Source: Squalus acanthias
Taxonomy: Eukaryota
Length of the DNA: 64,000 bases
Direction: 5' to 3'
Assembly (NCBI GenBank): GCA_030390025.1
Contig: CM059427.1
Location: 22,630,001-22,694,000, forward strand
Shown: piece by piece, positions 13,821 to 26,091 of the stretch
Layout of the letters: each line of letters opens with the position of its first letter
Position numbering within the stretch: the first letter of the stretch is position 1
Translations under genes and position numbers: made by a program
The notes under the pieces: generated by a model
Database searches by the model: none
What the model was told of the DNA's origin: nothing
Seen by the model: the letters and a program-made list of their open reading frames with translations, nothing else

Positions 13821-16391
13821 ATGGTAAATAGAAATTTGACGTCAGAGCGCTGAACATCCTTCCAAAAATGTATCTAATGTCACGAAGCTCCAACAAATTT
13901 AATGGAAGAAAATCAGCCTGTATGCATGTGTTAAATATGACAGAATATGGAGTTTTAATTTAACTTAATACAACATAATTCCTTTTAATTTTCTTCCATG
14001 GCTGACTAACAGAACTTATCCCAATGCACAGGATTATGGTTAGAAAATGTTAGCAGCTGGTAAATAAAGAGGCAGGGTCAGGAGCATTATCACCTACTAA
14101 GTTCCTGCTCATATAAATGCACTCAATCTCACTTAGTTTAATTATAAACTTCATCACTTAATATTTCTATTTTAAAAATTAGGAACTGATTTATCTCCCC
14201 CACTTCCTTATACCAGCAATAATCTCCCTTTTTAAAAAAGGAGCATTACAAATCCAGGCTACATTTGTACTGTGGTGAACACATTACCCACATTATTATG
14301 TTTTGTTTTATTTACGCACCGTCGCCGACAGGGATGGTACAATAGATGTTTATCTGTGCGGAGATTACACGTTAGCCCACTAAATGTTTAAATTTGAATT
14401 TAAGATAAAAAGAATTAACTCGATTGTTTACACGTTTAGTTGTATTTAATAATCGAAAAGACGTTGTTATAGCACATATTCTAGCGTGCCTCTCTGCAAA
14501 TGAGTTGCTTTTGATTACTAAATGGTACTTTTTGCCAACCAGTTTATTAACCGACCAGTAATTATTTGTGGCAAACCTTAAAAAAGGTTGGAATGCTTAT
14601 GTGAAATGAAGACGACTCTAATTTGAATTAACCCGTACAAGGGAAAATGACATAACGTCATCAATCCTGACAAGATTTTTTTTCATATCAGAAGTTTGAA
14701 TTCTTCGACACTATTTGGGATTTTACTCATTTTCTGCGTTTAATTTGGCCTGCTCACAATTTGTTTTAAAGCGCTACAACCTGGAAACAATACATCTTTC
14801 AAATAGTTTAATTTATATTTACAAAATACCCAGCAACCAAATGCTGGATAAACATGCTAACACAAGGCATTATTAAAAATAATAGCAAATAATGTCTTTC
14901 AACACCAGCATTTCCAATTCCTTACAGTTTATTGATACCGTAATTCCTATTTATTTCTTCTATTATTATGGCGTTAGTGTTTGTATTTTCGCCCCCAAAT
15001 ACCGCGGCACTTGTGTACATGTGTAAATTAGAGAAGCATTCGTGTAAATACTGTGCAGCTTAATATAGAAGATGGCGATGTGACAAGACAAAATATATTG
15101 AACTCATTTACAAGAAATGTCAAGCTTGGAGACAGTTAAAGTGTGATTTGTTTTAATATTTTACATGGCATAAATCAAAGTAAGAAAACCACGCGAGTTC
15201 ATATTTAACTCGGTAAAGGAAATGATGGACAATATGAACAAAGGCTTGCGTTAAAAATGTACATAAAACATAGGAATAATGCCAAACTTCTCCATGATTT
15301 TACTCGTATAGTTATCATGATTACAATAATGAAGTAATTTAAGTATACAGCGTAACAAGTTACTATTAGAAAACAACTGTAAATGTTTCAATTAAAGGCA
15401 CCGTATTGAAAACGACCGTGGGACTTTCAAATATATTAGCATTTGTTTTGAAAATAACAGTTTAAAATGAACAAAATATTCAAAATGCAGAAACATAGGT
15501 TTTCATATTTTAACTCATAACTTTTTAAGACATTTTAAGCCTTTTAAATTTGACAAGCATTTCACTTGAGGCTGAAATTTCTGTTTACATTTGCTTAGGG
15601 AAACATGTTACTATAGAACTTTCTGGAGTGAGTAAACAGAAGGCCCTTTCGATATCTGGACTAAATAATTTAATATGCAAATGATTGTAAATTCGCTGCC
15701 GTTAATATGATAAAATATCTTATGGGGTTGTGCCACACTTAGTCTTGTAAATAATTTCTAACTGGCACTGACTTACAATGCTACTTTAGCAATATAATCC
15801 CAATCATTCACAACAGAATGGATTTTGCTGCTAGAATATATGATCAGCATTTGAACCCATTTTCAATGCAGCCATGGTCTTGCAAAGCATGACTGAAAAC
15901 TTAAATGTTAAATAAAAATCGCCTTGCATTAAGAAAGTTAGAAATACACTTTACTTAATGTCAACCTTTGGGTTAGAATGGGTTATCAGTTGTAGTCGCC
16001 ATTTTATCTGCGTATTGTAAAACCTCCAGTAACTCAGCTGAACCCACGAAAATGTTATTTAAGACTGAATGAAGCATTACTTTGCAACAGTGTTTGCAAT
16101 GTCACTCGTGAAAATAATCCCGCACGGTAACACAATGCAAGTATATGAATGTGGAACTGTTCACACTCTTAACAGAGTGCCTTATTCGTTTGATTGTGGT
16201 GATGAAGTCACATCAAGTATTTTAGCAAAGTTTTGCACAAGATTTCGTGGAAATTGTCATTTTAAGATTTCTTTGTAAATCCGAAGATGTGTCTTGGACG
16301 TCTCCTACATTCATGTAGTTTCCTTTTCTAAAAGAAAGACCATCGCATATAATTTACAATGCACCATTACTGGTTACTGATGTCTGCGGTA

Positions 16392-16642
16392 TCAAGGTAT
16401 ATTTTCTTTGACTTTGGAAACTACTTTCTTTTCCTTGACTCTTCTGTTCTGAAACCAGATGGTGACTTGTCTTTCGGTAAGGTTGGTTGCTGTTGATATC
16501 CTTCGTCTTTTTTCCTTGGTTATGAATTTGTTTGTGGCGTATTCTCGCTCGAGATCTTTAAGCTGGGTTTTCGTATAAGGAACCCTTTTCTTCCTCCCTC
16601 GTCTGTAAATGTTGATGTCAGTCTGGTTGTGCATCACATCTC
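16392..16642 (-). CDS. HOXD13: HoxD13 exon 2 (homeodomain)
   Basis: Acceptor cccctcag|GA; [82 protein letters not shown], a PG13 homeodomain. Confidence 0.97.
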
Positions 16643-17009
16643 CTGAGGGGGAAAATGCAAATTATAAGAATATAAACTTCAAACAATAGTAGTTCAAAGG
16701 ATATTGAAAATAAACGAAGGTGTTAGATGAAACATTAAAAAGAAAAATGACAACCCATACTTCTGGCTTTTAAAGTATACTTTTAGCAACTCATTTGAGA
16801 CATTTAGGCATACGGCCAATCGCACATTTCAGCGCATTAATTCTGATACATGGTTATTCTGTGTTCCATGTATTATTCGTTTGAAATATTGTAAATTAAA
16901 AGACTGGAGAATTGCTGACAAGATTAAACCAAACGACAGTGGATTTATTTTGTTTGCTTTATATTTAAAATGAGCGTAACGTTTCTCAGTGAAAAATATT
17001 TCATGATAC

Positions 17010-17697
17010 CTGAAAGAGGCGATTTCCAAAAATGTGAAGTCTGTGTCTGATCTTTAGGGCAATACACTTGACCGTTCCAGCCATTAGCAAATGTCCAAGG
17101 CTGATAGCCCTCCATGGATATTAAGGCTTCATGCCTTGGCTCTCCGTGGCCGCTTATTGTAGGGACTACTGGAACGTCCAAATAACCAGAGACCCGTTGG
17201 TATGGATTGGGGTAGCTCTGATAAAAAGCAAATTCTTTTGCCCTGGATGACACCTCGTCAGTGGGGACAGGAGTGTTAGTCAAACCCGAAACGTCCATGT
17301 ATTTGTCCACTGGATAACCGGCTAGAGATGCATGAGCACCAGATTTCAGTCCAGTTTGTTGAATGCCAACATTTCGACAACTGTAATAGCTGCTTCCAAA
17401 ATGATAGCCGTAACTGATCGCTGGGTTTGGAGGGCTTGTAGGAGCTGGACATGGACTGCACTGCTTAGCAGATTCAGAAATGACAGAATGCGTTCGATCT
17501 CCGACGGAGTAAGCAGGACCCGAAGATAAGGAGTTGTGATGAGCTCCAAATGCAGAGGGAGACAGAAAATTCCTGCATTGATTTGAAGGGACGTTCCCTC
17601 CCAGTCCTTCCATCTCCGAGTTAGTTGTGTTGTTTCTGTTGTGTAGGTACCTGATTGTATCAGTCCTCCAAGGGGCTGAAAGAAGAGAAGCTGTCAT
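17010..17697 (-). CDS. HOXD13: HoxD13 exon 1
   Basis: [39 protein letters not shown] and NGWNGQVYC are Hox13 motifs; phase-1 donor G|GTATCA; start is ATG 17697 (312 aa) or ATG 17613 (MEGL, 284 aa). Confidence 0.95.
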
Positions 17698-18429
17698 ATC
17701 ACGACCCACTGCGAACTAAGTACTGCTTTATAAAAGCAGCCTCGGGAGTGAGAAGAGGTGCTTATTTTCACTGATTAGAGTGTGCACTGACCGAGTGAAA
17801 CCTGATAGGTCGATTCTGGCCACGTGATACGCAGCAACTGAAGCTGGCTTCAGCAGTCGTTGCACCCCTTTCCCGATGTTAAAACAATTTAATTTTTCCA
17901 AAATTAATTCATTATAAATGACTAACAGAGATGATGTGCATTGTAAACAAAACACAGGATGGTGTTTTCCATGGAAATACTTTTACTGATGTATTTCATT
18001 GAGATTTATTTGTATTAATATTATTGATGGCTTGCATATATTATAGAGTTTGTAGGATCAGTAAATTACAAGTACAGTATACATGAAATATTCTTTGAGT
18101 CAATTTTCTATTCTACATTGCTTTCCCTTTCAAATAAAGTTTTGGACAACTTTTGCAAAATAACCATTTGAAATTGGGAACGGAATCATACTATGATATA
18201 ATAAATAAAAGGCACAGTGGTGACCATTTTTTGCATTTTATTATATTGTGGCGAAGAATCTCGCTAATAACCCGTTTAGCATCAAAATGTGACGTTCGGG
18301 ATAACATATAAATGTCCTATATATAAAACGGTGAGATTTGCATTATTCTGTATGCAACTGTGAAATACATTTTAAAGATCATTCATTTTTTCTAACTCAT
18401 AAGACGGTCATATATATATATATATCGAT

Positions 18430-18511
18430 TTCCGCTCAGATTGTATATATACTAAATTTTCAAAAATCTGAGCGGAACTTAATTGGATCTACATTTAAGT
18501 TTCGCTCAGAT
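18430..18511. repeat. Three alternating copies of a 13-17 bp motif (double inverted repeat)
   Basis: TTCCGCTCAGATT (18430-18442), AATCTGAGCGGAACTTAA (18465-18482), TTAAGTTTCGCTCAGAT (18495-18511). Confidence 0.85.
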
Positions 18512-20159
18512 ACCCGATCTGTAAATAAGGGGCACGTTTTATTCAGTACTTCCTTAAACTCAGCTTATGTTTTTCGGGGGTGTGGAGTTTTCAGATGTCT
18601 GATATTTCATTTCGATTTACACGTAATGTTCTTTATTTGGCATCATCCCACTGCCTTTTTAGCACACGATTTTCGCATATTGGGATTAGTTTACATTTTG
18701 CAGCAAATGCGCTAAATTATTCCACATTGTCAACTTTCCAATTGCTATTTGACTGTGCCAGAATTTTCAATTACTTGTGTCAAACGGACAAAAATATGAT
18801 TTCGGAGGCGGCCACAAAATTTAGTAAATGCCGGTTTTCTCCATAGGCCCTATTTTAGTTATAATCTGAAAATGTTGTGTTTTGTGGGAAAGTTCCAGCA
18901 TAATTCGACTGTATGATTCAATTCACTCCATTGCTATTACAGATCGTAAGGTAAAAACATAGAAATATTCAGCAATATCACTCTTATTGAAAATAGGACA
19001 TATTTTGATTACTACAATCTATCTTTAACTATAAGAAAAGATGAAAAAAAGTATCTACTTTTTCCACCAAAATACACTCCCAATATATATTCCCAAAGTT
19101 GGAAAAACCACGTTTAATAAACAAGTTTTGTTAGACAAACCAAACGATACTTTGCAGTTTACCTTAGAATAAGAGGTTCATAACATGCGCTACAAATATT
19201 GCATTACATTTTGTGATTCACTAAAACGAAGCAATTCCATTTTGGGGAGATATTTAGATGCAAGTTATATATTGTAGTTAGCTATAATAACAGCAGTAGC
19301 AGGAGCATTTTACAAATGTTAAACGGATAATGGAAAGAGATGGGATACTGTGACCTGGATTTCAGTGTGAAATATTGTGGCACACTGAGGGGGCTCATCT
19401 CACTGTTCCACTGCACATATTTTCACATATTCCTGAAAGTCGCAGAGTCCGGACACAAGTAAATCTGTTGACGAGGTTGCCACTCAAAGAAACCGATAAG
19501 AATTTTTCGGCAAAGAATAATTGAAAACACCAAACAACTAGAAAACGATATTCTGTGCATGTGCAAAATAAGGATTATTTCACATTTCAAAGAAAGCATT
19601 TTGAATCTTGTCTTACATCTTTTTCAGAAAGTCAAAGGGAAGACTGGAAAACTACAATATGAGCGGTTATTTCACAGAGACAACGCAGATTCTACCTACA
19701 AGCATCCGCGACATAGAGAGACGAATGGAACCCATGCTTTTTGCACTAAATTACATTCATTCATTCCTGTGCATCCTTTGGTTTGCTTTCTTCATTAAAA
19801 AAATCATTTTCTGCACTGACTTGGTACCCTTCGACTAGATTTCGTGAAGTAGTTCCAATAGCGTTTTTAAATAATAACCTGAAGATAAAGAATTTCACAA
19901 CAGCGTGTTCAATGCTTATCCTTTCTAATCGAGTATCTGTTTTTGAATAAGCACAGCGCGTTTATTTAAGAACATGCGGATGGTATCGTCAGAAAAAAAA
20001 CATAAAAAGTGATCTGCTCCTACTTTCAATGTGAAAAAAACATGCTACCGATTGATTTCGGATGGCTGCTTTTATTTAGAATTCCGGGAAAATACAGGAT
20101 CGGATTTAAAAATATGCCGCTGTCTCAAGTTGATCGCATCACTGGTATGCAGACAAAGG

Positions 20160-20345
20160 GGTTCTTTCCGGAAGTAGATGAAGGCCAAGGTCAAGGTGGA
20201 GAGAGAGGGAGGGAGCGAGAGAGAGAGAGAGAGAGAGAAAGATGGTAAACAGTGGTTTAAAGCAACTCAGCAGCTCCGTGGGATTTATGTGAGAATTTCA
20301 AAGATTGGAGTTAGCTGTGATTTATAACACAGCTTTGAAAAATTC
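20160..20345. promoter_or_regulatory. Motif-dense element with (GA)n tract upstream of HoxD13
   Basis: ETS site CCGGAAGT (20168), AGGCCA-AGGTCA-AGGTGG (20182-20199), (GA)n 20200-20240, and TGATTTATAA inside the inverted repeat AGCTGTG/CACAGCT (20313-20334). Confidence 0.6.
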
Positions 20346-23300
20346 CATGCTCTTGCTAACTTATGTCAGATCTTTGTTCAAAGTCAGTAATACCTGTGGT
20401 ACCATGCAAAATGAAACACTAATTTACAGATTAGTGTGCGTTAGCCCGCTTTAAAAATAAAACATAATTTTCATTAGAAAATTGAATAAGATTCAAACAG
20501 AAGTTCAAGGAGAAGGCCTCAGAGCAACTAGGTATGGGCAATAAATATGGCCTGGCCAGCGTCGTCCGCATCCCAGAACAAATCAAAAATACGGACCAAA
20601 TTGATGTAAATATAAGTATAAACATTCCGCATTTTATTTGAAAAGTGTGGCAGTAAATACTGTTTCTGTTAAATTTTATTTATTGTCATATGTTGGTATT
20701 ATTTAGCGAACAGAATTGAAGTTTTAGACAATTTCTATAAAAAATTGAAGGTATTTATTTCAACGTTATTTTGGTCACAGCCATTTTCTTTCATTGTTTT
20801 ATGTTCTCAGCGAAGTTCAGCATAAACTCCCCACTGTCTCTTGGTGAATTCTGTGGCGAACCATGGCTGGGAAATCTGCTTCCAACATATAACATTCCGT
20901 TTATTCTGTTTTGACTATTAAAATTGATCTTTTTCCCTTGCTGGTATCTTTTTGTTTGATGTTTTAAACTGGTATTCGGGTTACTGAAAATAACATGTAG
21001 CATTTATTGTTTAAAATATTTGCAGGATGTTATTCTGAATGATCTTCGGCTCATAAAGCGATTCATAAACCTGAAGCATTAATAATAATTTCGGTTGAAA
21101 ATCAAAACCTATTACATGGGTAATGCTTAATATTTTATTAACTACAGAAATAATTGCCAACATTCACTATGAAGTATTAATAATAATTTTCTTTTGCACA
21201 ATCTGTTACATATTTTTCTAATTACAACTCGAAGGTTTTCTTAAACATGACCAGTTTGGGTTTGTATGCACCTTAAACTTGTAGACTAGCGGACCACTCA
21301 GGTTGCGTAACACACTACATGCAAAGCAACTCGATGCAATTTGAGCTGTAAGCATAGTAAAATCAATATTCCAAATACACAAGTATCTACTTAAAGGGAT
21401 TTACTCCAAAATTCGTTAATTACAATAGATACATTTAAAAAAAAGTTGATAAAATATATATCCAGCTAACAATATTCATTAAAGTGAGACTGACTATGGT
21501 TCAGGTTATATGAGTCCCGTTTGAATACACATTATCGTAAACATGTCGTTTTTGTCAAACGTAATGGCCGATATTAATACCTGAATGAAACCAGATTACA
21601 CGCCACAAAATGCTTACTATTTTTTCTCCCAACTGGAAACCAAGTATTATCAACCCCTAACTGTCCAAGTATCAACAAACTATATTACTCATCATACGTA
21701 TTTGAAAATGAATCCTAGACAGTTGCTAAAACTAGATCAAAATGTACTTGTGATATTTCAGATATACAGAGATATTAACCTTGCACGTAAACTGCACCTA
21801 GGAGTAAAATAGATTTAATCTGTCAACAATAATCAGGGTAACGAAATACGTCTTTAATCTAATGTTATTAGCAACCAATGAATCACTTGATGCTGCGAAT
21901 GTCTCCTACCTCACCTTTTGCGCGTATGTTCCAGTTGGAACTACTAAAGTAATTTACTGCTTTGCAAGCCACATAAGGGTACTCTACTCTGATCCCACAG
22001 TCCTAAGTATCTTGTAGGCAACGCAACACAAATATTTCAACAGTTTCAAAGTCCTGTCTATCTGAAGAGAATATAGCAATATTTATAAAAGGCAGTTGCT
22101 TAATTAAAAAACAGTTGTTAAATGTAATTTAAATAGTGTAAACGTCCTTTGCATAATAAACACACTCGAATACGCCATATTGTCTGTTGGAGTAGGGCAG
22201 AGAATGCATATAAAGCAACACGTCACGCTAAAATTCATCCTGTAGAATTATTGCATTAAAAAAAAAGAAAATGTCAGCTTCCGATCCCAGCTCCTCCATA
22301 TGAGTACAAGGGACTGATAGTAGGTGCTCAGATTCTTGTGGATTAGATATTCTATATAAAAATGAATGTATTTGTACCGTTCTAAACTAATTCCACATCA
22401 GAAGAATTTCACTTGCCAGACATAAAATCTATTAATGAACAGAAAGAGTATTATGTTGACGTGTCTGGAATTCAAATGCAGTTAAAATGCAAAATGTATG
22501 CTTCTGCTACTGAATTAGAATGGTTTGTTATGCAAATATGCTTCTACTATTTATTCAAAAATTTCAGAATTTCGTCAAGCAAAGAGCTGACGCTATGGTC
22601 TGGAGAGCAATATAAAAGTGTTCAAGAGACTCCCACCCCCGTGTCTTGTTCCACTTGAGAGTGATATAGAGAAAAAATAAATTCTATTGCCTGGTTTGTA
22701 AAATGAACTACCTCGAACATTCAAATTGTTTGGACAATATATCGTTCTTGTCCCTTATTATTTAAACACACATCCGAGTGCACTACTAAGTTTAACAACA
22801 TGTTATAGGCCCTTGTATCTGTTAAATCTTTCACTACTGGAACTGCGATTTCACCACGCTCTGCAATGTTCGTGAATAAAGTTTGGCACAAATATATTTA
22901 CTTCTCTACTAGTCCATCGCCCTTGGTGTTGTACAGCAGGAGTCAAGAGCAAGTGCAGTCTTCAAGTGTAACGGGATGACAGGGCAGTGGACCAGGGCGG
23001 GCAGACATAATTCCGTCTTCATTTTAAAGTAACACATTTTTAAATTCCTACCTCCTCACTTACAATGGAAACTGATTATGTAAACTTGTCACACTGCGAT
23101 TATCACTTCCCACCAGTGGTGGCGCTGCCTGCATAATTGGCAGGAGAGTCTAATTCCAAGGTGACAAGTTGGCAAAGGCAGTTTCCATTATAAAGATGGA
23201 CATAGGGATTTATAATGGAAAAAGTTGACAGGAAGTGTCCACAAGAGGTAAAATTTTTAATATATATTCTTTAATTGCTATTTCTCCATTATTTGTCTGT

Positions 23301-23425
23301 AAACGTTGCTCTACAACAATTACTGTGTTTGATTGCTTAACATGTTGATTATATTCCACACGTTCTTGAAGAAAGTAAGTCTTAACGTTTTCTGTTTCGA
23401 TAGTAGTCCTACAAAGGATTATAAT

Positions 23426-23682
23426 CAGGTGGACTTAAAACAGAAATCCCATGGCACTATTCGAAGAAAGCAGAAAGTTCTCCTGCTGCCCTGGCCAACA
23501 TTCCTCCCTCAACCAACACCACCAAATATAGATTATCTGATTATTCATTCGTTTGCTGTTTGTAGGACCTTGCTACGCCCAAAGTAGCAGTTGCTTTCCT
23601 ACATAAAATGACTGCACTTCAAAGCTGAATTCAATGGCCGTAAAGTGTTTTGGGCAGTGACAAAGTGCTATATAAATGCAAT
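23426..23682 (+). mobile_element. DeuSINE (SacSINE1/AmnSINE-like) 3' fragment
   Basis: ATCCCATGGCACTATTCGAAG...CCTGGCCAACATTCCTCCCTCAACCAACACC...GCTATATAAATGCAA; collinear with the second copy at 43672-43911; family recognised from memory. Confidence 0.8.
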
Positions 23683-24814
23683 TTTAAAAAATCAAGTGCA
23701 ATATTTGCCAGTATTTTTGATTTTCAGTCATGCACTTGAAAATTGTAGCATCTGAGAAATATTGATTAGACTGATTCTAATTGTAAATAACTAATGACTA
23801 ACAATTTTCGTTCTGATTACTATGAAGGTTACTATACCTTTAAGACATTTTTTTAGTTATGTACAACAGATATCGGAATGTGGTGTTTGAAATTAAAATC
23901 ATACTTTTGTTCAGCTTATGCATTGTAGTTAAGAGATTTTGACAGATGTGCAACACTCGCTCAAAATATGCTTGGTCCTTACAACTTCCCTAATCTTTGG
24001 GGAAGCTGTATGCAGGTAAGTGATAGCAACATTGCTTTATTACCTGTAGTAAGAGAATCTGGAGGACTGCTAATGATGGCTATGTTTTTTTTGCCGCTTG
24101 TGCCTTTTGCTTTCAGTTGTTTGTATTGACGATGGTCCGAAGACAGGACTGGAAATTATGCCTTCAAAGTCCAGAAACACACCTCTGACATATGCCTTTT
24201 GCAACAAAAAAATCGTCAATACGGTAGCAAATGGGAGCCGATGGGTCTGGAGCCAACTGGAAGCAGGTTTCTGTTCTCATTAATTTTACATTCCAGGTCC
24301 TCGAGCTGATTCTGACTCTGAAGCATCAATAAATATATTGTCATTATAACAATTAAATACTTTGGACAGAAAAATATACAGGGACAACAGAAAAAACATT
24401 TTACATATTAACAGGTAACAGACTCAGAAGAGATCCTCAGATTTTAATAACATGGACTGATTGCACTTGAACAGCATTGGTCGGTTTGGCTGACCAATGT
24501 TCTAGATATTTCTACAATAAAACAAGGCATTGGGTTCCAATATAATTTATTGTAGTATTACACGTGAAACATTCAGCAACTAGTTCATGCTTTTGAGCTA
24601 AATAATACATAGCAGAATCACAGCATTGCTCCCCCGTGACCCCCGCAATGAAACACCTATTCAAGTGTAAGGTATACTTTCGTTTAGGAAACCAGTGTGC
24701 GATTATCGGCAAATCAACGGGGAACTGTATAACTTTTTAAAACTGCAGACATGAAGAGAATAGTAAATACACAATGAAACATTAAGGAAACCGTCATGAA
24801 GTGAAATCGAAAGC

Positions 24815-24827
24815 TAGATAGATAGTT

Positions 24828-24858
<31 letters not shown>
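24815..24858 (+). repeat. (GATA)n microsatellite
   Basis: About 10 imperfect TAGA units. Confidence 0.95.
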
Positions 24859-24859
<1 letters not shown>

Positions 24860-25650
24860 TAATCCTTTGTATATTATAATCTAAATATAACCATAGATTT
24901 TTATTTTGTAGCGTTGCAGTTTAAATGCGCTTATCAGCACACTTTTGTCGCCAACCAATAAATACTGGAATATTCCCATTGCATCCAAGCTATGTGTTTT
25001 GACTAAAGCCTGTGAAATAATCCCTTTTTGCAAAAAAAAGTAAGAAAAATGTTTTGATTGCACATTTCAATCCAATGTTACGGAAGTAGGGCCTTCACAA
25101 AGTTGACAATTTAATTAAAATATAACACATAATTATTTTGTACAATTATAAGTGTTCCAAATCATTTCAAATTTGAAAATAGGAAATTAACAACTTTATT
25201 TACTATTCATGAAGCAATTTCCTCTGCAATCTATACTAATGTAATCATTATTTAAACATTAAAGATAACCTTTAGAAAATCATTTATGTACCAATTATAA
25301 CTAGTCATATATATAATAAATGGTATACGGGTATTAATCACTTCAGAAAATCAAGCTGAACATTTCCTTTAAGAATTAAATTCGACTCATAGTATAAATA
25401 TTTCTTGTTTGCCACCTTTAGTAGAATCAACCCGTTAATAGCGTTTAACACAGAAAACTAGATCTCACAATATTTTAAGGTAAAACATTTTGCACTCATG
25501 CAGCTGTAAAAAAGTATTGAAGAAAGAATAACACGTTGAATAATCTGTGTGTATGTATATCTGAAAAGAGGTGACTGTGTCATTACACGTCAAAATCCAA
25601 TTTTTGTAACTGTCAAAAGCCATTCTTCCTTTCAGCGGAAGTATTCTATT

Positions 25651-25740
25651 TCACAGTCCGGGACAACTTGGATTTACCGGTTGCTGTACACGAAGAAGCT
25701 TTTTCTCTTTCTGTCGCTGGTTTTGGAACCATATTTTTAC
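25651..25740 (-). CDS. HOXD14: HoxD14 exon 3 (homeodomain helix 3 and C-terminus)
   Basis: Not in the ORF track. Acceptor cttttcag|GTA; VKIWFQNQRQKEKKLLRVQQPVNPSCPGL*; WFQNQR is the PG14 signature. Confidence 0.93.
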   Translation of the reverse strand, partial: VKIWFQNQRQKEKKLLRVQQPVNPSCPGL

Positions 25741-25909
25741 CTGAAAAGTAGACAGATAATTTTAAAACAGAAGATGGCTAATATAAAGTGACTCGGTTTA
25801 AGGTCCTGTGGGACTAAATGCGCCGACCTGTTGACAATTAAGACAGATAGCATTGCCAGGCAGGTATTTCACTTTCTGTTATGTAAAAGCGGGAAGGCGG
25901 TTCTCTTAC

Positions 25910-26091
25910 CTGTCTTTCTGTTAAGCCTAACTTGAACGAAATGTTTAATCGGACTTCAGGAGTGAGGAATCGATTCTTTTCAAAAGCCTTTTCCAGTTCG
26001 GCGATTTGCTGTTTGCTGTAAGGAATTCTTTTTTTTCTTTGCCTGTGTACTGGGTTCTGCGCCGTTGACCATTGCGATGTAAAGCCCAGTG
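25910..26091 (-). CDS. HOXD14: HoxD14 exon 2 (homeodomain residues up to Q44)
   Basis: Acceptor tttcctcag|CA; (A)[60 protein letters not shown]; phase-0 donor CAG|GTAAGA. Confidence 0.94.
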
